A program made the position numbers and the translations under genes. This document shows positions 23,071 through 37,174 of a DNA stretch of 64,000 nt, one piece after another; position 1 is the first letter of the stretch, and every line of letters starts with the position of its first letter. Under the pieces are notes generated by a model, which saw only the letters and a program-made list of their open reading frames with translations, made no database searches and was not told where the DNA came from. Location of the stretch: positions 50,984,048 to 51,048,047 of the forward strand of contig NC_057728.1 of assembly GCF_004010195.1 (NCBI RefSeq), in the 5' to 3' direction. The DNA comes from Chiloscyllium plagiosum. Taxonomy: Eukaryota.

Positions 23071-24649
23071 TGTTTAATAACTGCCTTTGCATAAACACCC
23101 CATTCTCCAGTAATTGGTGTCAGACAAAGAAGAACTTCAACTTCGAATCTTTTGCAGGAAACTGGGATTAGTGTGGGAAGTAGTATATTTTTGACGGTAT
23201 AGACATGCTGGGCTGTACTGTATGATTCTAACTTAATGTTAGCAGTAGCTGTGTGGAAGAGGTAATGGATATCAGTACACCATAACAGGTGAGAGTGCAA
23301 ATATTTAGCATGGCTGCTCCAGATTTTTAGTTAAACCATGTACTTTCTTTCTACAGAGAGAACGTAGATGAACTTCTGTTTGTATTGCACAGACAGAAAG
23401 GAAGTGTTTGTACCTCCTATCCCATCATGAGATATTAAATGTCAGTTTATATACCTCCCATTATTTTGATAAGTGTAACATACAAGATCCTGAGAGTAAT
23501 TGACAAATTGGACATTGAAAGGATATTTCCACTTGCGGGAGAGATGGGAGTATGGTGATGCAATGGAAAAATAAGACTCTTCCATTGAAGGCAGAGGTGA
23601 AGAGAAAAGTTTTCTGAATGTTGAGTATCTGTGGAACTCTCTTCCCCAGAGAGCAGTGGAGGCAGGGCCCTTGAATATTTAATATTATGTAGATCTATAC
23701 ATCCTCAGTTCTGAGGAGAGGTTACCAGACCCAAAATGTTAACTCAGATTTCTCTCCTCAAATACTGCCAGACCTGCTGAGAGCAATTTTTGCTTTTGTA
23801 GCTCTTTGAGGTCTTGACTAACATAGGTGTTGAAGGTTGTGAGGAGTAAAAGTGTTGAGGTTACAATCAGATCAGCTGTGATCTTATCGAATGGTGGAGC
23901 AGGCTTGAGGATCTTATGAAGGAGTTAGATATAGTCCTTGGGGCTAAAGGGATTGCAGAAGATGGGCATTGATCTCAAGAAGGTGCAAAATGGAGAAACT
24001 TAACAATTTTGGGTCATTAGTTGCCCAAAAAGCAAACAACTTTAGCTGTAGAGGTTAAGGTCTGAAATTGCCAGACGGCAGTAATCTTTCTTATTGAAAG
24101 ATGATGGATTGCTCCTGGAGCATCTCTGGAGCAATGCAAGAGTTTGAAGATGGCAAGGTCAGAGTGAAGGCATGGTGGAGAACTTAGCAACAAGCCTCTG
24201 GAAGTCTGCGACACTGGGTGTGGATTGAGCAGAGGTCTTCTCCAATCCCAGTCTTCATTTGGTGGTCTCCCCATTGTAGCTGACTACATCGTGACCAGTA
24301 AACGCCTGATACTAATTACAGTGAAGTACAAATAAATGGCTGTTTCAGTTGCTAGGAGTGTCTGGGGCCTTGGACAGTGAGAAATAAAGAGGTAAAAGGG
24401 AAGCATTTGCAACTTGTGTTAATGTGGAGAGATTCCATGCGATAAGAGGAATGGGAGGGGGCATTGTGGTACTTGTGTCCTCGGATGTGTGTGTTTTCGG
24501 CAATGGAACAGTGAGTGGTTGCTGTGTGATACCCTGTTTGTGGTGAAGCAGTGATTACGTGCACTTGTCTCAATTTAATGTAATCTGTTAACTGCTCAAA
24601 ATGCAATCCCCCTTGGCCTTGGGGAAATCAAATGTGCTTGGGTTTAGGT

Positions 24650-25182
24650 TTTAGCACCCCCCCCACCCCGAGCTTCCAGTAGCTTGTGTTATTAATGCCT
24701 TGTCCCATTTCCACTCTCTAATCTCAGCCTCATACCTAGATCCAAGGTAAAGGAACAGCAGCTCACCTTTCACATTGTCACTTTTCAGCCAACTGAGCTC
24801 AACGCTGAATTTAACTATTTCAGACTTTAACCACTCCCCATTATTTGAGTTGCAACTTTTGTCTTGGTTTTTCCATTAACCAGCTCCCAATCCATGTTTT
24901 CCTTCTTTAATTCTCCTATTAACATCTCTTTTTGCTTTCTGTCATTGTGTCACCTGATCTCCTGTGAGTTCTACCCAATAGATCATTTATCTTCCTCCTT
25001 TTTGTGTGTTTTCTCTGCGCACCTCTCGCCCCCCCGATGTTCCTGGACTTGCTTGAAACTGGTCACATCTTTAACTTTTTCCAAGTACTGAGGAAGTGTC
25101 ACTGACCTGAAAAGTTAACTCTGCTTCCCTCTCCGCAGATGCAGCCTGACCTGCTGAGTTTTTCCATCATTTTCTGTTTTTA
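24650..25182 (+). mobile_element. Degenerate Penelope-like 3' region (end of the GIY-YIG domain plus terminal repeat)
   Basis: GAACAGCAGCTCACCTTTCAC..ACTTTTCAGCCAACTGAGCTCAAC resembles the EQHLIFRLGTLQPxGLN motif, followed by a pyrimidine-rich tract and a family-2 terminus. Confidence 0.55.
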
Positions 25183-25257
25183 GACCGATCCGTGAGGTTC
25201 TTGTTATGAAAAGTCCAGCAATATAGGAAACCATGCCTTGTGATGTCCACATCAACA

Positions 25258-25520
25258 CTCCAAAGAGCAACCCACCCCGGCCCATTCCCTTCCCCTATAT
25301 TTACCCCTGACTAATGCACCTAACACACTACAGGCAATTTAGCAAGACCAATTCACCTGACCTGCACATCTTTGGATTGTGGGAGGAAACTGGAGCACAC
25401 CCACACAGACATGGGCAGAATATGCAAACTCTGCACAAACAGTCGCCCGAGGCTGGGATCAAACCCAGGTCCCTGGCGCTGTGAGGCAACAGTGCTAACC
25501 ACTGAGCCACTGTGCCGCCC
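25258..25520 (-). mobile_element. HE1-type SINE
   Basis: Reverse complement of the HE1 head and V-domain. Confidence 0.85.
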
Positions 25521-26095
25521 CTATTTATTTACTTTGAATACAAAGCCCTCAACTTTTGAATCCTTCCAAAACCCATCAGATGGCAACAGCTGCAGAGACT
25601 CCACATCACACATCTGATGGATAGAAATCGGAACCTCTGCCGTCACTATTTGTAACTCCAGGCGGCAATGGAAAAGCAACTCGGTCTCTCTGAATGATCG
25701 GGCAAATCCAGAGATACAGTTCCAATGTGTCTGTTCCTGACTCCTGCATTTTCTCCTATTCTCAAACTAACTCTGGCCATTTCTTTGCAGCATTTGAGGG
25801 CTAATCACTACCTTCTGCCGCCACTTCCTTCCCGGCTGTTTCTCATTTTATTCATGTGGGACAAAAAAAGGGGCAAGTCCTGTCTCTGGTGTTCCCCTTC
25901 CTGTTGCTTCAAAGGATGTTTGTCTTTTCTTTTTTTTGAATCATCTGCTTGCCCTGTGCTGGCTCCCTCATCCACTGCCAAAGCCCAGACTGATCACTGA
26001 CCACAGATTTAACCATTCCTAACGTTCAGTCAAATGCTGTTCACAAAGTTACTGCTGATGGCAGTGACGTTCTGCAAGTTCAACGCAGCCAAGTG

Positions 26096-26626
26096 CAATT
26101 CTGCTCTCCCTTCTATTGGAAGGATGCTGTTAAACTTGAAAGGGTTCAGAAAGGATTTACAAGGATGTTGCCGAGGTTGGAGAATTTGAGCTATAGGGAG
26201 AGGCTGAACAGGCTGGGGCCGTTTTCCTGGAGCGTCAGAGGCTGAGGGGTGACCGTATAAAGATTTATAAAATCATGAGGGGCATGGATAGGGTAAATAG
26301 GCAAAGTCTTTTCCCTAGGGTGGAGGATTCCAAAACTAGAGGACATAGGTTTAGAGTGAGAGGGGAAAGATATAAAAGGGACCTAAGGGGCAACTCTTTC
26401 ATGCAGAGGGTGGTGTGTTTATGGAATGAGCTGCTCGAGGAAGTCGGGGAAACTGGTACAATTACAGCATTTAAAAGGCATCTGGATGGGTATATGAATA
26501 GGAATGGTTTAAAAGGATATGGGCCAAGTGCTGGCAGATGGGACTAGACTAGGTTAGGAAATCTGGTCGGCTTGGACGAGTTGGACCGAAGGGTCTGTTT
26601 CCATGCTGTACATGTCTATGACTCTA
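26096..26626 (+). mobile_element. HER1 LINE 3' fragment nested in an older CR1
   Basis: KLERVQKGFTRMLP..MRGMDRVNRQSLFP..RVVCLWNEL plus tail; older LINE sequence resumes after 26626. Confidence 0.85.
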
Positions 26627-26972
26627 AGTGAGACAGGATTCATTTTGGTAGGAAGAATGTTGGGAGATAAGGTAGAGTGAGTGTACAGTTCTAAAGAGAG
26701 TGGAGAGACTTAGACGGATGTGTGCATCGGTAACTGAAGGTAACAGGACAAGCTGAGAGAGCAATTGAGAAAAGATGCCGCATTCATGGCTTTATTTCCA
26801 AGGGCACAGATTTCAGGGGCAAGAAAGACATGTTACATTCTTATAAGACACCAATTCAATTCCAATTGAAGCACTGCATCTAATTTTGGGTACCACATTT
26901 TCAAAGGATTGGACTCTGGTCAAACTGTCTGGTTTAAATTTAAACAAAGCTTGGCAGTTAGTTGCCAGTCAT

Positions 26973-27301
26973 GGGGCAGCATGATGGCTCAGTGATTTTC
27001 ACAGCTGCCTCACAGCGCCAGGGACCCACACTTGGCTACTGTGCGGTGTTTGCACATTCTCCCCCCGTCTGCGTGGATTTCCTCCGGGTGCTCCAGTTGC
27101 CTCCCACAGTCCAAAGATGTGCAGGTTAGATGGATTGGCCATGCTACATTTTGTGATTGTGTTTAGGCATGTGTAGGTGGATTGGCCATGGGAAATACAG
27201 GTTTATGGGTAGGGGGTTGGGTCAGGGTGAGATGCCCTTCAGAGGGCCTGCGCAGACTTGATGGGTCGAATGGCCTGCTTCCACTCTGTAGGGATTCTAT
27301 G
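26973..27301 (+). mobile_element. HE1-type SINE inserted in a probable PLE-derived repeat (about 26905-27483)
   Basis: HE1 motifs. The flanking repeat ends with CCTGATGAGTGAAGGATCGAAAGCTT, a hammerhead-like core. Confidence 0.8.
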
Positions 27302-27671
27302 AGACACTATCAAATGGTGCATTGTCCATGGCAATGTCTCTGCCAATCATAGTCCACCCACCAACCGTTTAATACATTTATGTAGAATGAAAAAATTGTT
27401 CGCTTTTCATTGGTATTTTACTTGTAAATTTGCCCTGATGAGTGAAGGATCGAAAGCTTCAACAAAATTTTTTTTTCAGCAAGTTGTGTCATAGCAAATG
27501 ACTATCTATTGTTGGCTTCCCTCAGGATGATTGAATCATGGCTTAAACATTTAAATAGGGACTGATTCCCCATTCGAATTAAGTATACCTGATGCCTCAT
27601 CTTCAAGGCAAGTGCATGGACTACAGAGATGAATGTTCTGTCTTTAGTGTGGGTCCTCATTAACGACTGTG

Positions 27672-27894
27672 TCGAGAATGTGGTGTTGGAAAAGCACAGC
27701 GGGTCAAGCAGCATCTGAAGAGCAGGAGAATCAACTTTTTGGGCATAAGCTCTTCATCAGGAGTGAGCCCTCATTCCTGATGAAGGGCTTATGCCCGATT
27801 CTCCTGCTGCTCGGATGCTGCTTGACCTGCTGTCCTTTTCCTGCACCACACTGTCAACTCTGATCTCCAGCATCTGCAGTCCTCACTTTCTCCT
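27672..27894. mobile_element. Palindromic PLE terminal insertion (family 1)
   Basis: Inverted arms with back-to-back CTGATGAAG(A/G)GCTTATGCCC motifs; 15-bp TSD TCATTAAC(G/A)ACTGTG at 27657-27671 / 27895-27909. Confidence 0.8.
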
Positions 27895-28466
27895 TCATTA
27901 ACAACTGTGCCATGGAGCTGCATGGAGTGTACTTACCGATGGACACTTGTCCCTCTCTGCAAGTTAACAAAACTGAGACAGAGGGCAAAGTGCTATCAGA
28001 GACAGTTGAAGATGAGGCACTGGACATTTGTGAAATGATGAGGAAGATGCCGCAGCCACCTTGTTATGTTCTTATTTGTCCAAGGTTTAGACGTATACTC
28101 GGTGTACATCGTGTTTCCTGGACTATCTTTGTGTGGAAACAGTGTGGCCTTGTGGGCCTGTTGAGACTGGGCTAATTGGTACAAATTCATGTTCAGTGCA
28201 TCAGGAGTTGATTTCTTCAATGCTTAGGACCCAAGCAACATGCATTACACCCATCTCTGTCAGTACATGGTGGGTGGGGGATATTGCAGTGGAAGAATGG
28301 CCACAACTCTCTGACTGTACAGCAAACCTTCTCCAGCCCTCACAATCAAGGCAACACCTTATTGCCCCCGTAACAGCTGTCTCATTCCTCAATAGCAGCC
28401 CTGTGCCCTCCCAGAACTTGTATCTGTAATCAATGTTTGACCTTCACACTTGGCCTCTCTAATGTA

Positions 28467-28798
28467 GGGCGACACGGTGGCTAGTACTGCTACCTCACAG
28501 CGCCAGGGACCTGGGTTTGATTCCCAATTTGGGTGATTGTCTGTATGGAGTTTGCACGTTCTCCCCGTGTCTGCATGGGTTTCCTCTGGGTGCTCTGGTT
28601 TTCTCCCACAATCCAAAGATGTGGAGGTTAGTGTGGATTGATCATGCTAAATTGCCCATAGTGTTAGGTGCACTAGTCAGGGTAAACATACAGTAGGGGA
28701 ATGGGTCTGGGTGGGTTACTCTTCGGAGGGTTGGTTTGGACTTGTTGGGCCAAATGGCCTGTTTCCGTACTGTAGGTAATCTAATCTAATCCAATCTC
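28467..28798 (+). mobile_element. HE1-type SINE with (AATCT)n tail
   Basis: HE1 motifs and a pentanucleotide tail. Confidence 0.85.
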
Positions 28799-30109
28799 CT
28801 CGGCTGCGATTGACCATTTTCACAATGGCACAGGAGGACGATGCTTCAGGCCACTCACTCCAGTCATCAGCAGTGCCCCTTGCAAACAGCAACAGAAATG
28901 GCTGGGAAAATCTCAGCAGGTCTGGCAGCTTCTATGGAGGGAAATCAGAGCTAATCTTTTGGGTCCGGTAACTTCTCTTCATTCCTCGCAGAGCTGCTAT
29001 TCATTTTTGGGAAATCGGCCAACTTCCTCCACTGAGGCATCAGGGATCAGGAGTTGCCAGGGTCTCCCCATGTGATGTGTTTAACAAAGCTGCTGTTCCT
29101 CCCCAGCTTCTCTGAAGCACGGGATTGCACAAGTTTGGAAGAGAATATGTCGATGCCTTTTTTATTCTTGTCAGGTGACGACAATTGTTGTGGTTAACGC
29201 TGAGCCCTGAGGCAGCCTGATGAGATTTTGGAAAAGAAATCCCAAAATAAATCACCTCTGTCTGACTGAGACAGCTGCTATAGAGACACACCTTTTAATT
29301 TCCTTCCCCCGCCCGGTTTCAAATCTAGGCCCCTGAGGGAAGGCAAACGTCCAATGCAGTGTGCCAAAGATTCTGAGAGCTCTTTGTTTCATGATGAGAT
29401 TTATGGTTTTTGTGGAGCATTGAAGGGCTGGGCAGCCCCATAAAAATGAGAATAAATTGAAATCTGATCTGCGTGCTGGAACAAAACAGCAAATTACAGG
29501 TGGTGTCTTCCCCGCCACAGCTAGGGGTGGGAGTGCCCTTATTCACCTCACCTTTTGGGGAAGCCACGTTAAGTGCTCCTCAGGCACTAACCTGGCTGTG
29601 GGAGCAGGAAAATGTCTGGCAACAGAGCTTCATTTTTAAAAAGAAATCCCGCACCAGAGTGAAACACCTCCATAGCAAATGGGAAAATGGTCGTGGTTGT
29701 TGGAGGTCAATCATTTCAGCTCCAGGATATCTCTGCAGGAGTTCCTCAGGATAGTGTCTGAGGCCCAACCATCATGAGTTGCTCCGTCAATGACCTTCCC
29801 TCCAGCTCGAATGCCTGTTTTATGACAGTGAGCAGATTCTTATGCCAATGGGGCATCCCTCAATGTTTAACTACTCAAACGTCTGTGATAGGAACTGAAG
29901 TGTGCCATTCGGCCCCTCCAATCTGCTCTGCCGTTCAATGCCATCATGGCTGATGTGCTTGTGTTTTCTTACCTAATAAGAATCCAACCACCTCCGTCTT
30001 AAAAGTATGCAATGATCCCACGTCATTCTGAGGCAGAAAGTTGCAAGGTCACACCAAACGTCTGAGAGAAAAAAAAAGCCATAGTTCAAAAATAGTTCAG
30101 ATTCTTATA

Positions 30110-30256
30110 AAGTTAAAAATCACACATCAGGTGGTTGTGTCCACCACCAGATGGCACTCCGAAAGCTAGTGCTTCCAATTAACCCTGTTGGACTATAACC
30201 TGATGTTGTGTGATTTTTAACTTTGTACATCCCAGTCCAACACCGGCATCTCCAAA
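30110..30256. mobile_element. Palindromic PLE terminal insertion (family 3) inside an old CR1
   Basis: Arms AAGTTAAAAATCACAC / GTGTGATTTTTAACTT; perfect 13-bp TSD TCAGATTCTTATA at 30097-30109 / 30257-30269. Confidence 0.75.
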
Positions 30257-31065
30257 TCAGATTCTTATACAGTTCAATCAATTCACACCTCACTCTTCGA
30301 AACTCCAATGGAAACAGGCCCAGTCTGTCCAACATTTCCTCATTACTCACCTGCTCACTCCAGGTATCAATCTAGTAACCCACCTTGGAGCCATCTCCAA
30401 AGCATTTACATCCTTCCTTACATAAGGAGACCAAAACTGCATGCAGTGTATAAGATATAGACTCACCATTGCCATGTAGAACTGAGACATAACCTACTTT
30501 CTTTTTATGTTCAGTTGCTGTCATAATAAAGGATAGCATTCCAGTAGCTCTCTCGCTTACTTGCAGTACCTGCTTACTAGCTTTCAGTGACTCATGCATA
30601 GAAGCAAGACTTGAATAGCAATCAGACTTGGCTAGATAGCCAACAGCAATGTGAGACAGGACTTGACTATCTCTAACAAGAAAATGATGCAGCGTCCTCT
30701 GTGTTCCCGGTTCCTTCATCAATATCCTGGAAGTCCCCCTTGACCAAAAGCTTATTGGGAACAGCCATATCCAAGCGAGGCCAACTTCTGATAGCACACC
30801 TCCCTCCCTTGAGTTTAACAACTTCAGATTGTGAACCCACTCCCATTGTTTCCCTTCTTTTAGCCTTACTTGTTACATTTTCTGTCACCATGTCCTCTCT
30901 CCCCTCCCCTCACCCCAGTGGGACTGTCAGTTCTTTCCAGTCTGACAGTTAGACACACCATTGTTCTGCCATTCTTACATTCCGGTCACGTAATCTGTAC
31001 TATCTGCACCCTTTCTCCCCCAAGGTTACAATTACTGTGAAGGTCAGCCTCTCCCCTTACCTGAA

Positions 31066-31428
31066 GGGGTGGCACAGTGGCTCCGTGGTGGCTCAGTGGT
31101 TAGCTCTGTTGCCTCACAGCGCCAGGGACCCAGGTTTGATTCCAGCCTCGGGTAACTGTCTGTGTGGAGTTTGCACATTCTCCCCGTCTCTGCGTGGGTT
31201 TCCTCCGGGTGCTCTGGTTTCCTCCCACAGTCCAAAGATATGCAGGTTAGGTGAATTGGCCATGCTCAGTTGCCCATGGTGTTCAGGGATATGTAGGTTA
31301 GGTGCATTAGTCAGGGGTCAATGTACAGTAATAGGGTAGGGGAATGGGTCTGGGTGGGATACTCTTCAGAGAGTTAGACTGGTCTTGTTGGACCGAAGGG
31401 CCTGTTTCCACATTGTAGGGATTTAATG
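31066..31428 (+). mobile_element. HE1-type SINE nested in a family C SINE
   Basis: HE1 motifs; family C sequence lies on both sides (CCCCTTACCTGAAG before, TGACCCTCAAGTTAAAC after). Confidence 0.85.
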
Positions 31429-32287
31429 ATGACCCTCAAGTTAAACTACCACCAGTTGTCTCTCTCTAATGAGATAGCAGCCTATGATTTGGTAAGATCA
31501 TGCACCGTTCTCAAGTGGATGCTGCCTTTTCTCGCAATACAGTCAGGAAGTCTGACTCAGTGAAGCAGGCTCTGCTTTTTAAATAAAAATCCTTTTGAAG
31601 CAGGAAATGGTACAAAATTCACCTGGACTGAGGAGTTCTGTAGTCTCACAGTCAAACCCCTTAGAAAAATCGCAGCACCAAGGGAGAACATTATGTTTGG
31701 AGTAGGGGTTGTTAACAGAACACATTTAAAAATGATCAACCAACAGAACTCTTTTTCCCTCCCATTCATGCAGCAAATTATTTTCAACAAAAATAATTCA
31801 AAATCTACTCCCCTGACTGGGAGTCTGTGCTATTTCTGGATTCTATATGGAATTGATACTTAAATAAATAACTAAGTCTTAGAATCTGGATTTTATATTA
31901 ATGTGGTGTTTGGATGGAGAACTATGTACAGTGGGAATAAATTGGCTGGAACTTTGTTTATTGGAGCAGATTTGGAACTGCTTCATATTTTAGTAACGAC
32001 TGATACTGCTGCCGTTTCTGTTGACAACACCAGGAAGCAATGTGAGCTATTGCATTGAGGAATCCAGACTCAGAACAAATTTGTTTCTTTGCTCTGTGCC
32101 CAGGGTTGAAAGGAGAATTAATTAAAACATTACAGATGCTGGAGAGCCTAAAGTAAAGCTGCAAGTGCTGGAGAAATTCAGTAGTTTCTGTAGAAAGAGA
32201 GAGAGAGAGAGAGAAAAACAATGTGAAAACTTTGAGTCATGATGTGACTTATTCAAGTTTGCACTATTTCAGCCTTTTTTTTGATTT

Positions 32288-32591
32288 CCAGTGTGGAAAT
32301 AGGCCCAACAAGTCCACACCGACCCTCCGAAGAGCAACCCACCCAGACCCATTCCCTTACGTTTACCCCTTCACCTAACCCTATGGGCAATTTAGTATGG
32401 CTAATTCACCTAACCTGCACATTTTTGGATCTTTGGACTGTGGGAGGAAACCGGAGCACCCGGAGGAAACCCACGCAGACACGGGGAAGAATGTGAAAAC
32501 TCCACACAGACAGTTGCCTGAGGCAGGAATTGAACCTGGGTCCCTGGTGCTGTGAGACAGCAGTGCTAACCACAGTGCTACTGTGCCACCC
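32288..32591 (-). mobile_element. HE1-type SINE
   Basis: Reverse complement of the HE1 motifs. Confidence 0.85.
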
Positions 32592-33544
32592 AGCTTTTGT
32601 GGCACCTTTGATTTAAATGCAGCACCAGTCACCTTCACACTGTCCTTGCAGTTGGTCTGCTTTTTCAGGATGGAGGCCACTGTTTTTATTGCCTATTTCT
32701 CATGTGTGTGTGTGGTGGGGGTAGGGGGGGGAAGGTGGATGGGGAGGTAGTGTCTAAATGGCAGTGCTAACATCCTGTTGCGTTCAAGTCAGACTGCAAT
32801 TAAAATTAGTGTTCTGGTTGTCTAGAGCCTTTCTGTAGACATCCCATTTTATTGCAGCTTTTCATCATGTGCTCATCAGGACAATTTGCAAGAATGCCAA
32901 CTCAAGGTGAGAACCAGCGTTGTCCCGATGAGAGCAGGAGAAAATGTAATTGAAAAGCTGGTCTCAGTCAGAATCAAAATGTTGGATTTATATAAAAAAT
33001 CAAATGATTCACTCGTGTCCTTTACAGAAAGATATCTTCTATCCTTACTCAGTCTGGCCTACACATGACTCCAAACACCGTAACAATATTGTTTAAGGTT
33101 TAACTGCCCAGTGAAGACACTTAGTTGAATTGAGTCTTGCGCAGAATACTGAGGTATGTATGGATTGTGGCAGTACAGACAAACCAGCTTCCTGAGGGCA
33201 ATTAATTCTGGTCTTGCCGGCAACTCCGGTAACCTGAGAGGGTTGGTGTTTTCAATCTTTAGATCTCAATTCTTGTTGATGCTTCTATGATGTTATAAGT
33301 TTGACTCTGGGAAGTAGATGAATTGAATTGAATTAGCTTTATTGACACAAGTACTCACATGACTACAGTGCACAGTTTACAAATTGCCTCTTACTGTACC
33401 ATCTTAGACACAAAGATATCTGGGAAAAGATTCTTGAGTACAAACTCTTAGGAAAACAAAATTAGAAAAATCCAGCATTGCAGAAATTCAAAAGTACAAA
33501 GTCACAGTAATCAGAAAGATAAAGAAATAAAAATTTCAGAATAA

Positions 33545-34400
33545 TTAGCAAGGTTATATCTCACGGAATACAGGGAGAACTAGCCATTTGGATACAGAAC
33601 TGGCTCAAAGGTAGAAGACAGAGGGTGGTGGTGGAGGATTGTTTTTCAGACTGGAGGCCTGTGACCAGTGGAGTGCCACAAGGATCAGTGCTGGGTCCTC
33701 TAATTTTTGTCATTTACATAAATGATTTGGATGCGAGCATAAGAGGTACAGTTAGTAAGTTTGCAGATGATACCAAAATTGGAGGTGTAGTGGACAGCGA
33801 AAAAGGTTACCTCAGNNNNNNNNNNNNNNNNNNNNNNNNNNNNNNNNNNNNNNNNNNNNNNNNNNNNNNNNNNNNNNNNNNNNNNNNNNNNNNNNNNNNN
33901 NNNNNNNNNNNNNNNNNNNNNNNNNNNNNNNNNNNNNNNNNNNNNNNNNNNNNNNNNNNNNNNNNNNNNNNNNNNNNNNNNNNNNNNNNNNNNNNNNNNN
34001 NNNNNNNNNNNNNNNNNNNNNNNNNNNNNNNNNNNNNNNNNNNTTTATAAAATTATGAGGGGCATGGATAGGGTAAATAGGCAAAGTCTTTTCCCTGGGG
34101 TGGGGGAGTCCAGAACTAGAGGACATAGGTTTCGGGTGAGAGGGGAAAGATATAAAAGAGACCTACAGGGCAATTTTTTCACTAAGAGGGTGGTACGTGT
34201 ATGGAATGAGCTGCCAGAGGAAGTGGTGGAGGCTGGTACAATTGCAACATTTAAGAGGCATTTGGATGGGTATATGAATGGGAAGGGTTTGGAGGGATAT
34301 GGGCCGGGTGCTGGCAGGTGGGACTAAATTGGGTTGGGATATCTGGTCAGCATGATGGAATGAAGGGTCTGTTCCCGTGCTGTACATCTCTATGACTCTA
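33545..34400 (+). mobile_element. Young HER1 LINE fragment (RT to 3' end), spanning a gap
   Basis: SGVPQGSVLGPLIFVIYINDL..KFADDTK RT motifs and an intact C-terminus. Confidence 0.9.
33816..34042. other. Assembly gap (227 N)
   Basis: Run of N inside the LINE. Confidence 1.
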
Positions 34401-34590
34401 TGATGCGCCAATCTTAATATAACAAGAAGAAAAATAAATTGAAAGAGAATTTAAGACAAAGGTCATCACTTCCAAACAAGATCACTGTGCTCTTAGGATT
34501 TGCTTATGCTGTGCTGACTGGAGTTGTACCATGCTGTTGTTATGTTACTGGGTTTGAAGAAAATTTATGATCATTCTCATACTGAAGTAT

Positions 34591-34803
34591 ATTTTGTTCT
34601 GCTTTAACGCCTGTTTTGTCAGCGTGAATTGGCTAGAACGCGATTCAGGAATTGTGGACGCAGGAATTGTGTTTGGATAACACAAACTTTCTATGGAACG
34701 GGTTTAGCGATTTTCTATTAGCAATCTTCTGCTGCGCGATTTTCTAATGCAGTGTTTCATAGTGCAGAGGAACCTAGCTGTCGTGTACTAGCAGAATGAC
34801 TTG
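34591..34803. mobile_element. MER6-like MITE (diverged)
   Basis: GTTCTGCTTTAACGC..GCGTGAATTGGCTA.AAC at the start and TAGCAGAATGAC at the end; similar to the 37175 copy. Confidence 0.55.
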
Positions 34804-35439
34804 GGATGCACTTCCTGGGAAGGGCTTGACCAGTTTCTGCCTGAAATTTCAGCCAGCACCCAGCAGATGGCAGGCAGGGTTCACTGTCCGTTTACTTCAG
34901 TCTTGCGTTGTGTGATGACAGAATCTTTCCCAGAGAATGAATGGTGCCTTTATACACATCCAGGCCTGTTGTCTTTCCCCATTTCATCCAGATTCCGAGA
35001 GCCTCAACGCGCTCAAGGTCAGAATTCTTTCTTTCTTTCTAAATGTATTTAAGATGTTGTGGTGAGATTCCAGAGCTCTAAAGGACCTGCTTCCTTGCTT
35101 TTCAGCGTTCAAAGAAATGCCTGAATTTCTTGGTATTCTATTCGGCTGATCAAACAGATTTAAAAAATAATATTGCCTGAGCACACTCCTGATGGTCAGA
35201 TGCGCATGTGTCGATAGGTAGCATTGGCAAAAAGATATCGAAAGAAACAGCTGTGCTGCAATTTCTGTTGTTTTTTCACAGGATGTGAACGTCACTTGTT
35301 GCTCATTCCTAACTGCCCACGAACTGAGTAGCTTTCTTGGCCATTTCAGAGGGCAGTTAAGAATCTGTGGTTTGGAGCTCAGAGCCAGACCAGATAAGGA
35401 CAGCAAATTTACTTCCCAGCAATTTAGAAGGTTAAGAGA

Positions 35440-36045
35440 TGATTCAGAGTCATAGCACAGAAACAGACCCTTCGGTCCAACTTGTCCATTCTGACCAGAT
35501 ATCTGAAATAAATCTAGTCCCATTTGCCATGATTTGGCCTATATCCCTCCAAACCCTTCCTATTCATATGTCCATCCAAATGCCTCTTAAATGTTGCAAT
35601 TGTACCAGCCTCTACCACTTCCTCTGGCAGCTCATTCCATACACACACCATCCTCTGTGTTAAAAAGTTGCCCCTTCGGTCTCTTTTATATCTTTCCCTT
35701 CTCACCCTAAACCTATGCCATCTAATTCTGGACTCTCCCGCCCCAGGGAAAAGACCTTGACTATTTACCCCATCCATGTCCCTCATGATTTCATAAATCT
35801 CAATAAGGTCACCCCTCAGCCTCCGACGGTCCAGGGAAAACAGCCCCAGCCTGTTCAACCTCTCCCTGTAGCTCAAATCCTCCAACCCTGGCAACATCCT
35901 TGTAAATGTTTTCTGAATCCTTTCAAGTTTCACAACATCCTTCCAAAAGGCGGGCGACCAGAATTGCATATAGTATTCCAAAAGTGGCTTAACCGATGTC
36001 CTGTACAGTTGCAACATGACCTTCCAACTCCTGTCCTCAATTTTG
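35440..36045 (-). mobile_element. HER1 LINE 3' fragment
   Basis: 167-aa minus-strand ORF (MLQLYRT..KLERIQKTFTRMLPGL..WNELPEEVVEAGT). Confidence 0.9.
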
Positions 36046-37174
36046 ATCTAATGTAAATGGAAGGAAGCTTTCTCTGGTTGTGGGTGTGAGGAGTGGATCG
36101 AGGAGTAGGAGCAGACACTTGCTCATTGGAATTTGCAACACCATTCCACAAATGGCAATTAGTGCTGGTTCAATAAAGTTTCAAAATAAGTTTGACAGAA
36201 TGTTTTTCACAGAATTATCAGGGCATGTGGACAGTGGTGAGTATCCAGAAATAGGTCACAAATCCTTCATGATCTGCTGGTGGATTAGGCTGGAAGGGTT
36301 AAATGACTGACCTTTTCTTGCTGCATGCCTTGTGTGGAAACCTTTGCTGTTTTGCAATGCTGCTTCAGCACTCTGCACTGTCCTGGTTGTTCTTGCTAGG
36401 TGTGTCTTTCCTCTGGGTTAAGGTAAAGCTGTGTTGGCTAAGCTCATTGACCAGGTAAGGAGGAACTGCTTTTCCCAGAGAGTAGTGAATCTGTGGAATT
36501 CTCTGCCCAAGGAAGCAGTAGAGGCAGTTTCATTAAATATATTCAAGCACAGTTGGTTGGGTTTTTGCATGGTAGGGGAATTAAGGGTTATGGGGATAAT
36601 GCAGGTAGGAGGAGCTGAGACAATGATCTTAATGCATGGCGGGCAGGCTCGACAGGCCAAATGGCCTACTCCAGCTTCTAATACTATGAAACTATGAAAT
36701 TCCTGACCAAGAGGAAGGCAGTGTTGAACCATGACCTGATCTGAGGGAAGACAGTGCCGATCTCTCCTGTACGATGGGTTTGACTCTTTTGAAAAAGAAT
36801 AAGTTGCAGAGTTACAAGAGAAGCCCATTTAGTGAGTTGGCAGAGACACAATGGACTGAGCACTGTCCTAATACTTGGGAATAGTGGGTTTTTTTATGGG
36901 GAAATATTTGGACAAATTGAGCTTGTATCCATGAGGATTTCAAAGAGTAAGAGGAGACTTGATTGGAACACTGAAGGTCGTGAGAGATCTTGATGGAGTG
37001 AATATGGAGAGTATGTCTCCTATTATAGAAGAATGTAGAACTCAGAGTCACTGTTTAAAAGTTAATGGTCACCCATTTAACACAGATATGGAAGAATAAA
37101 TGTTCTAACAGAGAGTTGTGAGAGTTTGAAATTGTCTCCCTCAAAAGGAGGTGGAAACAAAGTTCTTGAATATA

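Noticed and set aside
23356..23405. Acceptor-like site tactttctttctacag downstream of exon C
   Set aside because: The phase-0 frame stops after 4 codons and there is no convincing donor.
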